From an uncultured bacterium (GTDB taxonomy: Bacteria; Lernaellota; Lernaellaia; Lernaellales; Lernaellaceae), in contig CAZHPN010000015.1 in the NCBI GenBank assembly GCA_964534375.1, positions 1 through 53,197 on the forward strand: a stretch of DNA of 53,197 nucleotides. Direction: 5' to 3'. Under the pieces are notes generated by a model that searched no databases, was not told where the DNA came from, and saw only the letters and a program-made list of their open reading frames with translations. The position numbers were made by a program, and so were the translations under genes. The first letter of the stretch is position 1; each line of letters opens with the position of its first letter. Shown one piece after another: positions 9,242 to 19,220 of the stretch.

Positions 9242-10267
9242 CTACACCTCGTCTTCCCAGTCTTCGTCCTTTTCGAAATCCATTTTCAAAATGGCCTGGA
9301 TCGCCTCCATGATGCCGTCGGCGTCCATCTTGTAAACGTGCAGCAGGTCGTCGGGATAGCCGACCATCGAGAACTCATCCTGCAAGCCGTTCTTGCGCAG
9401 CACGCAGCCTTTGCCGGACGCCGCGATGACGTCGGCGACCGCGCTGCCCAGGCCCGAGAAAACGTTGTGGTCTTCGACCGTGATGATGCGCCGCGTGTCC
9501 AGCACCGCTTCCATGATCGCCGCTTCGTCGATCGGCTTGATCGTGTGCATGTCGAGCACGCGCACCGAGATGCCCTGCTCCTTCGCGATCTCCGCGGCCT
9601 CGACCGCGCCGGCGACGCAGCGGCCGGTGGCGATGACGGTCACGTCGGTGCCCTCGTGCAGCTTGATCGCCTTGCCGATCGTGAACTCGAAATTCATGTC
9701 TTTGTGCACCGGCGGCTCGAAGCTGCGGCCGATGCGGATGTACACCGGGCCGTTCGTCTCGACCGCAGCGATGGTCGCCTTCGCGGTTTCGTACATGTCG
9801 GCCGGCGAAATGACGATCATGTGCGGCATGGCGCGCATCACCGCGAAATCTTCGGTGCAGTGGTGCGTCGTGCCGGCCTGGCCGAACGACGTGCCGCTGT
9901 GCGTGGCGATGATTTTCACGTTGCGCTTTTGATAGCAGATGTCGGTGCGCACGAACTCGGCCGCGCGCAGGGCGGCGAAGGCGGCGAACGTCGAGAGGAC
10001 GGGCGTCAGGCCGGCGGCGGCCATGCCCGAGGCGACCGCGACCATGTTGATTTCCGCGATGCCCATGTTGAAGAAGCGATCCGGGTGATCTTTTTTGAAG
10101 CGGCCGATTTTGGTCGAGCCGGCGAGGTCGGCGGTCAGCGCGACGAGGTCTTTGTGTTCGTGGCCGAGCTTGGTGAGCACTTCGCCGTAGATTTCGGCGG
10201 AGGTCATGCGGTCGGCGTCGTCGATGGTCCACGTCAGGCCTTTGGGGGTGGCGGGTTTCTTAGGCAT
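9242..10267 (-). CDS. Transketolase, C-terminal (pyrimidine-binding) subunit
   Basis: LTADLAGST, RFFNMGIAE, GTTHHCTED, GPVYIR, DMHTIKPID, TVEDHNV. Confidence 0.93.
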   Translation of the reverse strand: MPKKPATPKGLTWTIDDADRMTSAEIYGEVLTKLGHEHKDLVALTADLAGSTKIGRFKKDHPDRFFNMGIAEINMVAVASGMAAAGLTPVLSTFAAFAALRAAEFVRTDICYQKRNVKIIATHSGTSFGQAGTTHHCTEDFAVMRAMPHMIVISPADMYETAKATIAAVETNGPVYIRIGRSFEPPVHKDMNFEFTIGKAIKLHEGTDVTVIATGRCVAGAVEAAEIAKEQGISVRVLDMHTIKPIDEAAIMEAVLDTRRIITVEDHNVFSGLGSAVADVIAASGKGCVLRKNGLQDEFSMVGYPDDLLHVYKMDADGIMEAIQAILKMDFEKDEDWEDEV

Positions 10268-11102
10268 TTTTGTGTCCTTTCCGCAGCGACGCGAGCGCTT
10301 TCTTGGCCGTTTCGTCATCGAGGCCGGCGTAGTGCCATTGCGCCTTGTCTTCCATGAAATCGACGCCTTTGCCCTTGCAGGTGTTGGCGATGATCATGAA
10401 CGGCTTGTCTTTTTCGGCGAACGACTGTTCGATCGCCTCGCCGATCTGCTCGAAATCGTGGCCGTCGATCTCGACGGTGCGCCAGCCGAAGGCCGCGTAT
10501 TTGTCGGCCAGCGGCTCGATGCCCATGATCTTCTCCACCTCGCCGTCGATGCACAGTTTGTTGCGGTCGATGAACGAGGTCATGTTGGTGACCTTGTAGT
10601 GCGCCGCCGACTGCGCCGCTTCCCACACCGGGCCGGCGTTTTGTTCGCCGTCGCCCATGACGACGTAGGTGCGCCATTTCTGGCCGGTCAGCCGCGCGCC
10701 GATCGCCATGCCGATGCCGATGCCCAGGCCGTGGCCGAGCGAGCCCGTCGAGGCGTCGACGCCGCGGACCTTCAGGCAATCCAGGTGCATGCCGAAGGGC
10801 GAACCCGTCTTGTTGAACTTCTTCAGTTCCTTCGGGTCGACGAAGCCGAGGTCGGCCAGGATCGCCGCGTGGCCGACGCCGCCGTGGCCCTTGCTCAGGA
10901 TGAAGCGGTCGCGGTCGGCCCAATCCGGTTTCTTCGGATCGATCTTCAGGTACTTGTAGTACAGCGCGACCAGAATATCCGTCTGGCTCAGCGCGCCGCC
11001 CAGGTGGCTGCCGCCGCAGGCCAACGTCGTGTCGATGATGCTCTCGCGTATCCGCAGAGCAATGTCTTCGAGCTTCCGTTTTTCCGCTGGTTTCATCGGC
11101 AT
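10260..11102 (-). CDS. Transketolase, N-terminal (ThDP-binding) subunit
   Basis: SHLGGALS, DRDRFILSKGH, STGSLGHG, GDGE...WEAA, DGHD, TCKGKG; overlaps the next gene. Confidence 0.95.
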   Translation of the reverse strand: MPMKPAEKRKLEDIALRIRESIIDTTLACGGSHLGGALSQTDILVALYYKYLKIDPKKPDWADRDRFILSKGHGGVGHAAILADLGFVDPKELKKFNKTGSPFGMHLDCLKVRGVDASTGSLGHGLGIGIGMAIGARLTGQKWRTYVVMGDGEQNAGPVWEAAQSAAHYKVTNMTSFIDRNKLCIDGEVEKIMGIEPLADKYAAFGWRTVEIDGHDFEQIGEAIEQSFAEKDKPFMIIANTCKGKGVDFMEDKAQWHYAGLDDETAKKALASLRKGHKNA

Positions 11103-11329
11103 TTTTCGTCCCTCATTGCGAAGTGGTGGGCAAGCGTCCCGCCGCGGCCGCCGCGGCGCGTTCGACTGTTCGCGAAACAGGAAAACATGCGTTCAACTCG
11201 CCTGACATTGCGCCGCTCGAAAAGGCGGCGAACCCCTCAAAGAGAATCCCTGTTTAACACGAAGGCCGAAGTCTTTTCAATAGCCCGGCCTCCGGCCAAA
11301 TCCCCGCGGAAGGGAATCCGCGCTTCTTT

Positions 11330-11386
11330 CACAGCGCGGCAGAGCCGCAACTAAATTTCGGATTGCGGATTGCGGATTGCGGAATG
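11330..11386 (-). repeat. (TCCGCAA)n heptamer array joined to a REP-like hairpin GTTGCGGCTCTGCCGC
   Basis: Minus strand reads CATTCCGCAATCCGCAATCCGCAATCCGAAATTTAGTTGCGGCTCTGCCGCGCTGT; related copies near 21414 and 27960. Confidence 0.75.
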
Positions 11387-11614
11387 AACCGAGGCGGAAC
11401 CTTTTGGGCAAGAACACAAAACTCGTGGTTGGTGGCGGAGAGACGCACGCCAGACCTTCGGCTGCAACCAAGCAGCTTTGCGTGGCGCAACCCTTTGCCC
11501 CTCGCCCCTGGCGCCCGGCGCCGCATCGCGAAATCCCCGTTGTGTTTTCGCCGGGCGTTTGGCATCGTGCCTGCGGTGGGCAACGACCTGTGTTCGACAC
11601 GCCAGGGCGGGTTC

Positions 11615-12988
11615 ATGGAGCAGCCGGTGCGGAAAACGCCGCTTTTTCTCGGCGAACGTCAAACGTTTCGGTGCTGCGCGCTGTTGTCTTTCCTGATCCC
11701 GTGCGCGGCGTACGGTTACACGTTGTCGTTTCCGCTGGCCGTCGACGATTACGCGTTCGTCTCGTTCACCAACCGCGACCTGCCCGGTTTTTTGTTCGGC
11801 CGCTTCGACGTCGGCCTGCTGCACGGCGCCGCCGCCCCGTATTATCGCCCGTTGGTCAGCGCAACGTTCTGGGCGTTGAGCCTGATTGCCGACGACCGCG
11901 CGATGATTTTTGCCAACCATCTGCTGAATCTGCTGGTTCACGCCGGCGCCACGCTGGCCGTATTCATGTTGGCGCATCGCCTCGCCGGCCAGCCGACGAC
12001 GGCGCTGCTGGCTTCCGCGCTGGCGGGGTTGTCGCCGATCGGCATCGTGCCGGTTTGTTGGAGTTCGGCGCGGAGCGATTCGCTGGGCGCGCTGTTCCTG
12101 ATTCTCAGCGTGCTCGCCTGGCGGCGCGCCGGAAAACGCGCAACGGCCCTCGCCTGCGCGTTGTTATTCGCCGGCACGTTGTGCAAGGAATTCGTGCTCC
12201 TCGCCCCCTTGTTGCTGATCGCGGCCGACGCGCTCGCCGGCGGCGGGCTGCGGCGCGCGCGCGCCTATTTGCCGCCGGCGGCGGTCGCCATTGGCGCGGC
12301 GGCGATGCGGCCGGCGTTGTTCGGCGTCCACTTGGGCGGCGCGGCAAAATGGCTGGCGATGGCGGCGGCCGGGCCGCGCATGTTGGCGTCGTTCTTCGCG
12401 CCGTCGTTCGCGTTCCCGTGGCTGGCGGGCAGCGCCGTGGCGCTGGCGATCTTGCTGGCGCTGCTCTTTCGGCGCCGGCCGTTGGATGTCGACGAGCAAC
12501 GCGAACTCGCCGGCTTGCTGGGCATCGGCCTTTTCGGCGGCGTGTGGGTTGTCGTCACGATGGCGGGCATGTCCGATCTGGTCCGCGGAACGACGCCCAT
12601 GTGGGGGCCGACGCACGGGATGGCGCTGCGCTATTGGTACGTTTCCGGCGCGGGCATCGCCTTGATCGCGGCGGCCGCGTTGGCCGTCGGGCGTTTTCTG
12701 TACGGCAAAATCGATCGGGGGGCGTTGCGAGTTCTCGCCGGCGCGCTGTTGGCGGCAATCTACGTCTTCATCGGCGCCGGCATCTGGAAAGCCCATACGG
12801 CCGCCGACTTCGAAGCGCTCGCCTATTGGTCGAACGAGTCGGTCGCGCGCGCGCGCCTCGACCAGCAAACCCTGTGCCCGACGGAGTACGAGCCGGACAA
12901 CTTCCGCCCCGCCGACCGCGGCCTGCGGCTGCTGAAAGACCGGTATCCGGCGTGTTACGAACAATGGCGGGCCGGCCGCAACCGATGA
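11615..12988 (+). CDS. GT-C membrane glycosyltransferase-like protein (TMTC/PMT-like)
   Basis: VDDY, YYRPL, HLLNLLVH, WSSARSD, LCKE motifs; many TM helices; start codon uncertain. Confidence 0.7.
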   Translation: MEQPVRKTPLFLGERQTFRCCALLSFLIPCAAYGYTLSFPLAVDDYAFVSFTNRDLPGFLFGRFDVGLLHGAAAPYYRPLVSATFWALSLIADDRAMIFANHLLNLLVHAGATLAVFMLAHRLAGQPTTALLASALAGLSPIGIVPVCWSSARSDSLGALFLILSVLAWRRAGKRATALACALLFAGTLCKEFVLLAPLLLIAADALAGGGLRRARAYLPPAAVAIGAAAMRPALFGVHLGGAAKWLAMAAAGPRMLASFFAPSFAFPWLAGSAVALAILLALLFRRRPLDVDEQRELAGLLGIGLFGGVWVVVTMAGMSDLVRGTTPMWGPTHGMALRYWYVSGAGIALIAAAALAVGRFLYGKIDRGALRVLAGALLAAIYVFIGAGIWKAHTAADFEALAYWSNESVARARLDQQTLCPTEYEPDNFRPADRGLRLLKDRYPACYEQWRAGRNR

Positions 12989-13015
12989 GCTGATCGGGCT
13001 GACCGGCCGCGAGCC

Positions 13016-14089
13016 TCATTTTCCGCGGCAGGTGTAATGCAAAATCGTGCCGTGATTGCCGACCGCCCAGACGCTGGTCGGCGATGAGCCCCAAATGCCG
13101 TTCAGCGATTCGGTCGCGCCGCTGTCCATTCTGTTCCATTCGGCGCCGTCAAAATAGTAAATTCCTCCGGCTTGTCCCGCGAAAAATGCTTTCGAATCCT
13201 CACCGGTCCAGACGCCCTTGAAGGTGGTGCTCCCGTCACTCGCGTAACTCAGCGGCGGCAAGAGCGTCCATTTCTTTTTATCGCGGCGCACGGCGCCGCC
13301 GCTGCCAACCGCAAAGATATTGGACGCTGACGTGCCGCTAATCGCCACGAGATTCAGCGATTGTCCGTCGCCGCGTATTTCATCCGCCACCGACCACTGA
13401 ATGCCGTTGTAATGCACGATCGCGTTGCGGCCGACCGCATAAACGTTGTTGCGGCTGGATCCCCAAATCGCGTGCAGTTCTTCAGGCCAGCCTTTGATTC
13501 CGTTCGAGGTCCGTTCGCTAAGAGCACCGTGCCACGGACCGAAGCGCACCGGTCGATTGCTTTCCACCATCCTCGTCCAGGACTTTCCATCATAGTGAAA
13601 TATCGCGCCGTTGCGCCCAACAATGAAAACATTGTTGTCTGAAGAGCCCCATACGCCCGAAAGCGTAGGCGCTTCTCCGCATCGGGGCCCTGGCACAAAT
13701 GACCAACCCTTGCTGCCAAAATGGAGAAGTTGGCCCATACCCGGTTTTATGACAATCACATCCGACTTGAAGCATGCATCATGTAATACGTAGATCGAAT
13801 CGGGCGAAACGCCCCAAATTTGACTCAGACCGTCAACCGCATCCGTCCGGAACTCTGTCCATTGGCGCCCGTTGAAATGGAGCATCGTTCCCTCTGCCCC
13901 GACAGCATATACGTCGCTCCTCGATGTGCCCCAAACGCTATTGAGCGATTTGTCAGTGCCGGAATCCTGGCGTTCCCACGCGCACACCAATTCTTCGCTT
14001 GAATTGACGGGGCGTTTTGAATGCGCCAGGGCGCCCGCGAACGCGACAAGGACGATTGCCAGAAGAATGGGGCGAAATTTTTTGTGCAT
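13016..14089 (-). CDS. Secreted beta-propeller-like repeat protein (VWGSSxxDVxAVG...LHYDGxxW repeats)
   Basis: Signal peptide and about six repeats; visibly more AT-rich than its flanks. Confidence 0.85.
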   Translation of the reverse strand: MHKKFRPILLAIVLVAFAGALAHSKRPVNSSEELVCAWERQDSGTDKSLNSVWGTSRSDVYAVGAEGTMLHFNGRQWTEFRTDAVDGLSQIWGVSPDSIYVLHDACFKSDVIVIKPGMGQLLHFGSKGWSFVPGPRCGEAPTLSGVWGSSDNNVFIVGRNGAIFHYDGKSWTRMVESNRPVRFGPWHGALSERTSNGIKGWPEELHAIWGSSRNNVYAVGRNAIVHYNGIQWSVADEIRGDGQSLNLVAISGTSASNIFAVGSGGAVRRDKKKWTLLPPLSYASDGSTTFKGVWTGEDSKAFFAGQAGGIYYFDGAEWNRMDSGATESLNGIWGSSPTSVWAVGNHGTILHYTCRGK

Positions 14090-14147
14090 GACGAAATGAT
14101 TCTAGCGCAATCTCCGCCTGCTTTACATCAACCCCGAATCTGGCAAA

Positions 14148-16166
14148 GTGCCGTTAGCGAGAGCGGAGGGCCGTTTGCCAGCATCATCATCGAGCCGATT
14201 TCCCTGGGCGGCGCTCGTCGTCGTGCTCGCCGCCGCGCTCTTCTCGTACGGCTGGTTCGTCCCGCGCCTGGGCGGCAATTCCGACGATCTGTGTTTCGGT
14301 CATGCGGCGGTCAGCCAGGGCCTGGGCGCGACCATCGTCGACATGCTGACGCGCTGGCGGCCGCGTTTCCTGCACACCGCGTTCCTGAATACGATGTACT
14401 TCTTGCTCTGGCGGCACTGGCCGCTGATTCACCTCGTTTCGCTCGTCACGCTGCTGGCCGGGGCCGCGCTGCTGATGGGCGTCGTTTGGAAATGGACGTC
14501 CGACCGCGCGGCGACGCTCGCGGCCGGCGCCCTGTTCGCCATGCATCCGGCGGCGAACGACACGGTGTTGTGGTCGAATTGCTGGGCGCATCTGGCGGTC
14601 AGCGTGTTCGTCATCGCCGCGCTCTTCGCCATGACGCGCTTCGCCGAAACGGGCCGCAAACGCCACGCGGCGGCGGCGGCCTTGTTGTTTGTTTGCGCCA
14701 TGGGTTGCCTCGAACAGGCGTACGTCGCCTTCCCGCTGCTCGCGGCCGTGCCGCTGCTTTATGGCGGCTCGTGGCGGCGCGCCGGCTGGTTCGCCGCCGT
14801 CTTTCTCGCGCTCGCCGGCGCCTACCTGGCGGTGCAGCACCTCGTGTGCCGCGCCATGGCGACCAGCTACGCCTTCGCGCTCGATGCGGGTCTCGCGCAG
14901 CGCGGTTGGCGCGTGCTGCATTGGGCGGTCCGGACCTTCCTCGACGGCGGCGACGAATATGCCCCGCGCGCGTTGTTCGCCGACGGCTGGGCGGCCGCGC
15001 GGCGGTCGCCGACGGCGGCGGCCGGCCTGCTGGCCCTGGCCGTGGCGCTGCCGGCCACGGTCTGGCGCGGGCTGCGCCGCCAGGACGCGCCGCCGCCGTT
15101 CGCCGCGCGCCGCTTCTGGGTCGTTGCCGCCATGGGCGTTTATCTCTTTGTCGCGTCGATTGTGTTGTTCGCGTTGCGGCCCGACGCGCGAATCTTCAAC
15201 CGCCATCTGCGGCTGCCGCTGCTCGGCGCCGCGCTGGTCGCCGCCGCGCTCGTTTACGGCCGCCGCTTTCTCGGCGAGAAGAAGCCGGCGGCGAGCGAGC
15301 GCCGGTTCGCCGGCGCCGCGGCCATCGCGTTGACGTTGTTTGTCTGGCCCGCGGCCGTCGTCAACCTCGGCGAAGCCGAGAGTTACGCGAAAAGCTGGGA
15401 TTACCAAGAAATCGTGGCAGCGCGCGTCGCCGCCTGTGCGCCGCAACCTCTGCCGTCGGACGCCACGTTTTACGTCGAAGAACTGATTTCGCACTTTCGC
15501 CGGGCGCGCACGTTCGCCGACGACTGGTCGTTGCCTTGCCTGCTGCAAACGCAATATCCGGAGCGTTTCGATCGTTGGCAAGCCCACTCGAAGAACATGT
15601 CGTACGTCGAACGCGCGTCGGACGAGGCGTTTCCGCTGATTCTGTCGCTGGTCAACGGCGAGGCCGGCATGGTCGTCCGCGACAAGATCGAGGTGCGCGA
15701 AGATGGCCAGATCGTCAAAATGATCCCCTTGCCGCTGGGCGCCGCATCGGCGTGTCCGCACGAAACGCTCGTTCTGGAACACCGCCGCCGCAACCTCGGC
15801 GTCCTCTTCGGCAATGCGCTGGCCCTTTTGGGATCGGAAGCGACCATCCGGCCGGACGGCAAACTGACCTCGCTCGTTTTGTTCTTTCGCCAGGCGCCAT
15901 ACGGCTCGCCGCCGCCGAAGCTGGCCTTGCAATTGACCTGGCGGCACAGCGACGCCGCGGGCCCGGCGGAGTTGCAACCCTGGAGCAACGTCGAGCCCGG
16001 CCAGGTGGTCGGCGTCGCGTTCGATCTTCCGTACGGGCAGCGATCGGCTGACGACGAGTTGTTGGTTTCGGCGATCGACGCGGCGCGCGGCGTCTTGCCG
16101 CCGGCGGCGCCGGCCGGGCAGGCGCGTCTGGTTACCGGCGCTGCGGCAATCGTGACATTCCGTTGA
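14148..16166 (+). CDS. GT-C-like polytopic membrane protein with C-terminal periplasmic domain
   Basis: N-terminal TM followed by NSDD, RWRP, LFAMHPAANDTVLW, CLEQ; about 11 TM helices. Confidence 0.7.
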   Translation: MPLARAEGRLPASSSSRFPWAALVVVLAAALFSYGWFVPRLGGNSDDLCFGHAAVSQGLGATIVDMLTRWRPRFLHTAFLNTMYFLLWRHWPLIHLVSLVTLLAGAALLMGVVWKWTSDRAATLAAGALFAMHPAANDTVLWSNCWAHLAVSVFVIAALFAMTRFAETGRKRHAAAAALLFVCAMGCLEQAYVAFPLLAAVPLLYGGSWRRAGWFAAVFLALAGAYLAVQHLVCRAMATSYAFALDAGLAQRGWRVLHWAVRTFLDGGDEYAPRALFADGWAAARRSPTAAAGLLALAVALPATVWRGLRRQDAPPPFAARRFWVVAAMGVYLFVASIVLFALRPDARIFNRHLRLPLLGAALVAAALVYGRRFLGEKKPAASERRFAGAAAIALTLFVWPAAVVNLGEAESYAKSWDYQEIVAARVAACAPQPLPSDATFYVEELISHFRRARTFADDWSLPCLLQTQYPERFDRWQAHSKNMSYVERASDEAFPLILSLVNGEAGMVVRDKIEVREDGQIVKMIPLPLGAASACPHETLVLEHRRRNLGVLFGNALALLGSEATIRPDGKLTSLVLFFRQAPYGSPPPKLALQLTWRHSDAAGPAELQPWSNVEPGQVVGVAFDLPYGQRSADDELLVSAIDAARGVLPPAAPAGQARLVTGAAAIVTFR

Positions 16167-16251
16167 ACGGCCGCACGTTGCCGATTTGCGGATTGCCGCG
16201 GAACCGGTGACAATGGGCTGCCATTCAACGTTGAACAGTCGGGAGCGAAGC

Positions 16252-17415
16252 ATGACTGCGAGCGTGCGATCGGCGGCGGCGCCCGTGCGCATCCCCTTCA
16301 ATCGCGCGTCGTTCACCGGCGACGAACTTCACTACATCTCGCAGGCCATCGACAACGGTTGGATCGCCGGCGACGGGCCGTTCACCAAAAAGTGCGAGGC
16401 GCTGCTGGAGGAAATGACCGGCGCCCCCCACGCGCTGTTGACGACCTCGTGCACGCACGCCCTCGAGATGGCCGCGCTGCTGCTCGATCTGCAAGCCGGA
16501 GACGAGGTGATCGCGCCGTCGTTCACGTTCGTCAGCACGGTCAACGCGTTCGCGTTGCGCGGCGCGCGGCCGATCTTCGCCGATATCCGCCCGGACACGC
16601 TCAACATCGACGAAACGCAACTGCCGCGCCTGCTGACGCCGCGCGTGAAAGCCCTGGCGGTCGTCCATTACGCCGGCGTGGCCTGCGAGATGGACGCCAT
16701 CATGGAGTTCGCGCGGGCGCACGGCCTGGCGGTGGTCGAGGACAACGCGCACGGCCTGCTCGGCGAATATCGCGGCCGGCCGTTGGGCACGTTCGGCGCG
16801 CTGGCGGCGCTGAGTTTCCACGAAACGAAAAACTTCACCTGCGGCGAGGGCGGCGCGCTGCTGATCAACGACGCTTCTTTCCACGAGCGGGCGGAGATCA
16901 TCCGCGAGAAAGGCACCGATCGCAGCCGCTTTTTTCGCGGGCAGATCGACAAATACACCTGGGTCGACATCGGTTCGAGCTACTTGCCGTCGGATCTGAA
17001 CGCCGCGTTTCTCTACGCGCAATTGCAGAATCGCGAGAGCATCCAAACGCGGCGCGAACGCATCTGGCGCGAATATTCGACGCGATTGGCGGATTGGGCG
17101 GCCCGCTGCGGCGTGCGCTTGCCGGCGCCGCCCGCGCATTGCCGCCACCCGTCGCACCTGTTTTATCTGTTGCTGCCGTCGCCGGCGGCGCGCGACGGCC
17201 TGCTCGCCCACCTGCGGGCGCGCGGCATCCTCGGCGTATTCCATTATCTGCCGCTGCACCTGTCGGCCATGGGCCGGCGCTACGGCGGGCGCGAGGGCGA
17301 TTGCCCGGTGGCCGAACGCGTCGCCGCGACGTTGCTGCGGCTGCCCTTTTTCAATAGTTTGTCGCCGGACGAGCAAGACGTGGTCATGGCGGCGGTGCTG
17401 GCGTTCACGCCGTAA
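16252..17415 (+). CDS. wecE: dTDP-4-amino-4,6-dideoxygalactose transaminase (WecE/RffA)
   Basis: IPFN, GDGPFTKKC, TSCTHALEMAA, SFHETKN, GEGG, EKGTDRSRFFRGQIDKYTWVDIGSSY. Confidence 0.92.
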   Translation: MTASVRSAAAPVRIPFNRASFTGDELHYISQAIDNGWIAGDGPFTKKCEALLEEMTGAPHALLTTSCTHALEMAALLLDLQAGDEVIAPSFTFVSTVNAFALRGARPIFADIRPDTLNIDETQLPRLLTPRVKALAVVHYAGVACEMDAIMEFARAHGLAVVEDNAHGLLGEYRGRPLGTFGALAALSFHETKNFTCGEGGALLINDASFHERAEIIREKGTDRSRFFRGQIDKYTWVDIGSSYLPSDLNAAFLYAQLQNRESIQTRRERIWREYSTRLADWAARCGVRLPAPPAHCRHPSHLFYLLLPSPAARDGLLAHLRARGILGVFHYLPLHLSAMGRRYGGREGDCPVAERVAATLLRLPFFNSLSPDEQDVVMAAVLAFTP

Positions 17416-17452
17416 CGGGGCCGGCCGCCGCCGCGCCGCAGGAGGATCGAAC

Positions 17453-18439
17453 GTGCCGAACCAGCCGCGACCGCATCTGTCCGTCGTCATTCCGCTCTTC
17501 CGCTGCGCGGCGTGCGTGGCGGAAACGCACCGCCAGTTGTGCGCCGCGCTCGAACCGCACACGCCCGCTTTCGAGATCGTCTTCGTCAACGACGCCAGCC
17601 CCGAAAACGATTGGGAAATCGTCGCCGGGCTCGCCGCGCACGACCGGCGCGTCAAGGGCGTCAACCTGTCGCGCAATTTCGGCCAGCATTTCGCGATCAC
17701 CGCGGGGCTCGACGTGGCCGACGGCGATTGGGTCGTGGTCATGGACGGCGATCTGCAGGATTCGCCGGCGGAGATCCCGAACCTGTACCGGAAGGCGCAG
17801 GAAGGGTTCGACGTCGTGTTCGCCCGCCGCGTCAACCGGCAGGATCCGTTTCAGAAAGTGCTGTATTCGCGCCTGTTCGGCTGGATTTACAACGCGCTGT
17901 CCGAGACGCCGCACGATCCGCTGGCGTCGAATTTCTCGATCTGTTCGCGCGCGGTCGTCGAGAACTATCGCCGCCTGCGCGAACGCAGCCGCGCCTTCGG
18001 CTTGATCGTGCGCTGGCTCGGTTTTCGCACGGCCACGATCGAAACGCCGCACCGGCCGCGCTTCGCGGGCGAGTCGGCCTACAGTTTCGGCAAGGCGCTG
18101 GCGCTGGCCGTCGATGCGCTCGTTTCGCAATCGAGCAAGCCGTTGCGGTTGTCGATCAAGCTGGGGATGTTCATCGCCTTTTGTGCCGCGGCCTACGGCT
18201 GCGTCTTGATCTTGCTGAAGCTGTTCCTGGGCATCCCCGTCGCCGGTTGGACGACTGTCGTCGTCTCGCTGTATTTCGTCGGCGGTTTGATCCTGGCGAA
18301 TCTCGGCGTCATCGGCTTGTATCTGGGCAAGCTCTATGACGAATCCAAGAACCGTCCGCTATATGTGGTGCGCGAGACGCTCAACATTGCGGCCGCCGCC
18401 GATCCGGCGAGCGGCCCGCCGCGTGGAAAAGTCGAATGA
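17453..18439 (+). CDS. GT2 polyprenyl-phosphate glycosyltransferase (GtrB/ArnC-like)
   Basis: VNDASP, LSRNFGQHFAITAGL, MDGDLQDSP, two C-terminal TMs, RPLYVV. Confidence 0.92.
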   Translation: MPNQPRPHLSVVIPLFRCAACVAETHRQLCAALEPHTPAFEIVFVNDASPENDWEIVAGLAAHDRRVKGVNLSRNFGQHFAITAGLDVADGDWVVVMDGDLQDSPAEIPNLYRKAQEGFDVVFARRVNRQDPFQKVLYSRLFGWIYNALSETPHDPLASNFSICSRAVVENYRRLRERSRAFGLIVRWLGFRTATIETPHRPRFAGESAYSFGKALALAVDALVSQSSKPLRLSIKLGMFIAFCAAAYGCVLILLKLFLGIPVAGWTTVVVSLYFVGGLILANLGVIGLYLGKLYDESKNRPLYVVRETLNIAAAADPASGPPRGKVE

Positions 18440-19143
18440 TCCGCACGCACGATTTCAACACCGAATGGTGGGGCAGCCCGGTCGGCATCGTCGACGACCC
18501 GCAATTCTTCGACCTGCCGCAGCCGGAACGCGAGCGGCTATTGTCGCCATACGCGTGGGTGGAATTCCGCGCGCCGCTCAAGGAAGGCGGCAGTCTGCAC
18601 GAAACGATCGGCCGGGCCGGCTTTTTCTTCACGGATGTTCAGATCCCGCTCCAAGTCAATCTGGACGCGGTTGCCGACGCGCGGAGCATCGAGGGTCTGG
18701 CGGCCTATTCCGCCGACGAGCGACCGTTCGACGTCGCCGCGGACCAAATGGCCGCGTTTCGTCGCGAACGGTTCTTCCATCTGCCCGGCGTCACCGCCGC
18801 GAAAGTCAATGAACGGTACGCCCTCTGGGGGAAGCGGCTGATCAAAAACGATCCGGCGGCCTGTCTTGCCATACTTCAGGGCGACGCCGTACAGGGCTGG
18901 TTTCTTTGTTCGCGACCGCGCCGGGAAATCGACCTGACGCTCGCCATGCTGCACCGCGACGCCGCGATTTCGGGCTCGTCGCTCTATCGCAAGGCCCTCC
19001 GCACCTTCGCCGCCCGCGGCGACACCGTCGCCACCTCGAGCTTCAGCGTGGCGAACCCCGCCGTCATGAACATCTTTGCCCATCTGGGCGCGCATTTTCT
19101 CACGCCGATCGGTTACTGGCTGTGGGTTCGAAACCCCGCGTAA
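18436..19143 (+). CDS. WecD-like GNAT acetyltransferase
   Basis: HDFNTEWWG, RFFH...RYALW, NPAVMNIF; ATGA overlap with the GT2 gene in a wecE cluster. Confidence 0.55.
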   Translation: MIRTHDFNTEWWGSPVGIVDDPQFFDLPQPERERLLSPYAWVEFRAPLKEGGSLHETIGRAGFFFTDVQIPLQVNLDAVADARSIEGLAAYSADERPFDVAADQMAAFRRERFFHLPGVTAAKVNERYALWGKRLIKNDPAACLAILQGDAVQGWFLCSRPRREIDLTLAMLHRDAAISGSSLYRKALRTFAARGDTVATSSFSVANPAVMNIFAHLGAHFLTPIGYWLWVRNPA

Positions 19144-19220
19144 CTCGGGATGACAAGGGGCCGCCCGCGTCACAAGGCGGCTGAGTTCCCTTCCGCAAAC
19201 GTCCGGTTCGTTTTGGCCGC

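Noticed and set aside
11103..11280. Riboswitch in the long transketolase leader, and a parS-like CTGTTCGCGAAACAG
   Set aside because: No recognisable TPP or other aptamer motif by eye, and the palindrome is too short and divergent for parS. An Rfam scan would settle it.
14021..16316. Long overlapping alternative-frame and antisense ORFs (also 44606..46768, 46351..48612, 48625..51081, 26324..28300 and many more)
   Set aside because: Arg/Ala/Pro-rich shadow ORFs expected in high-GC DNA, overlapping genes with clear family motifs.
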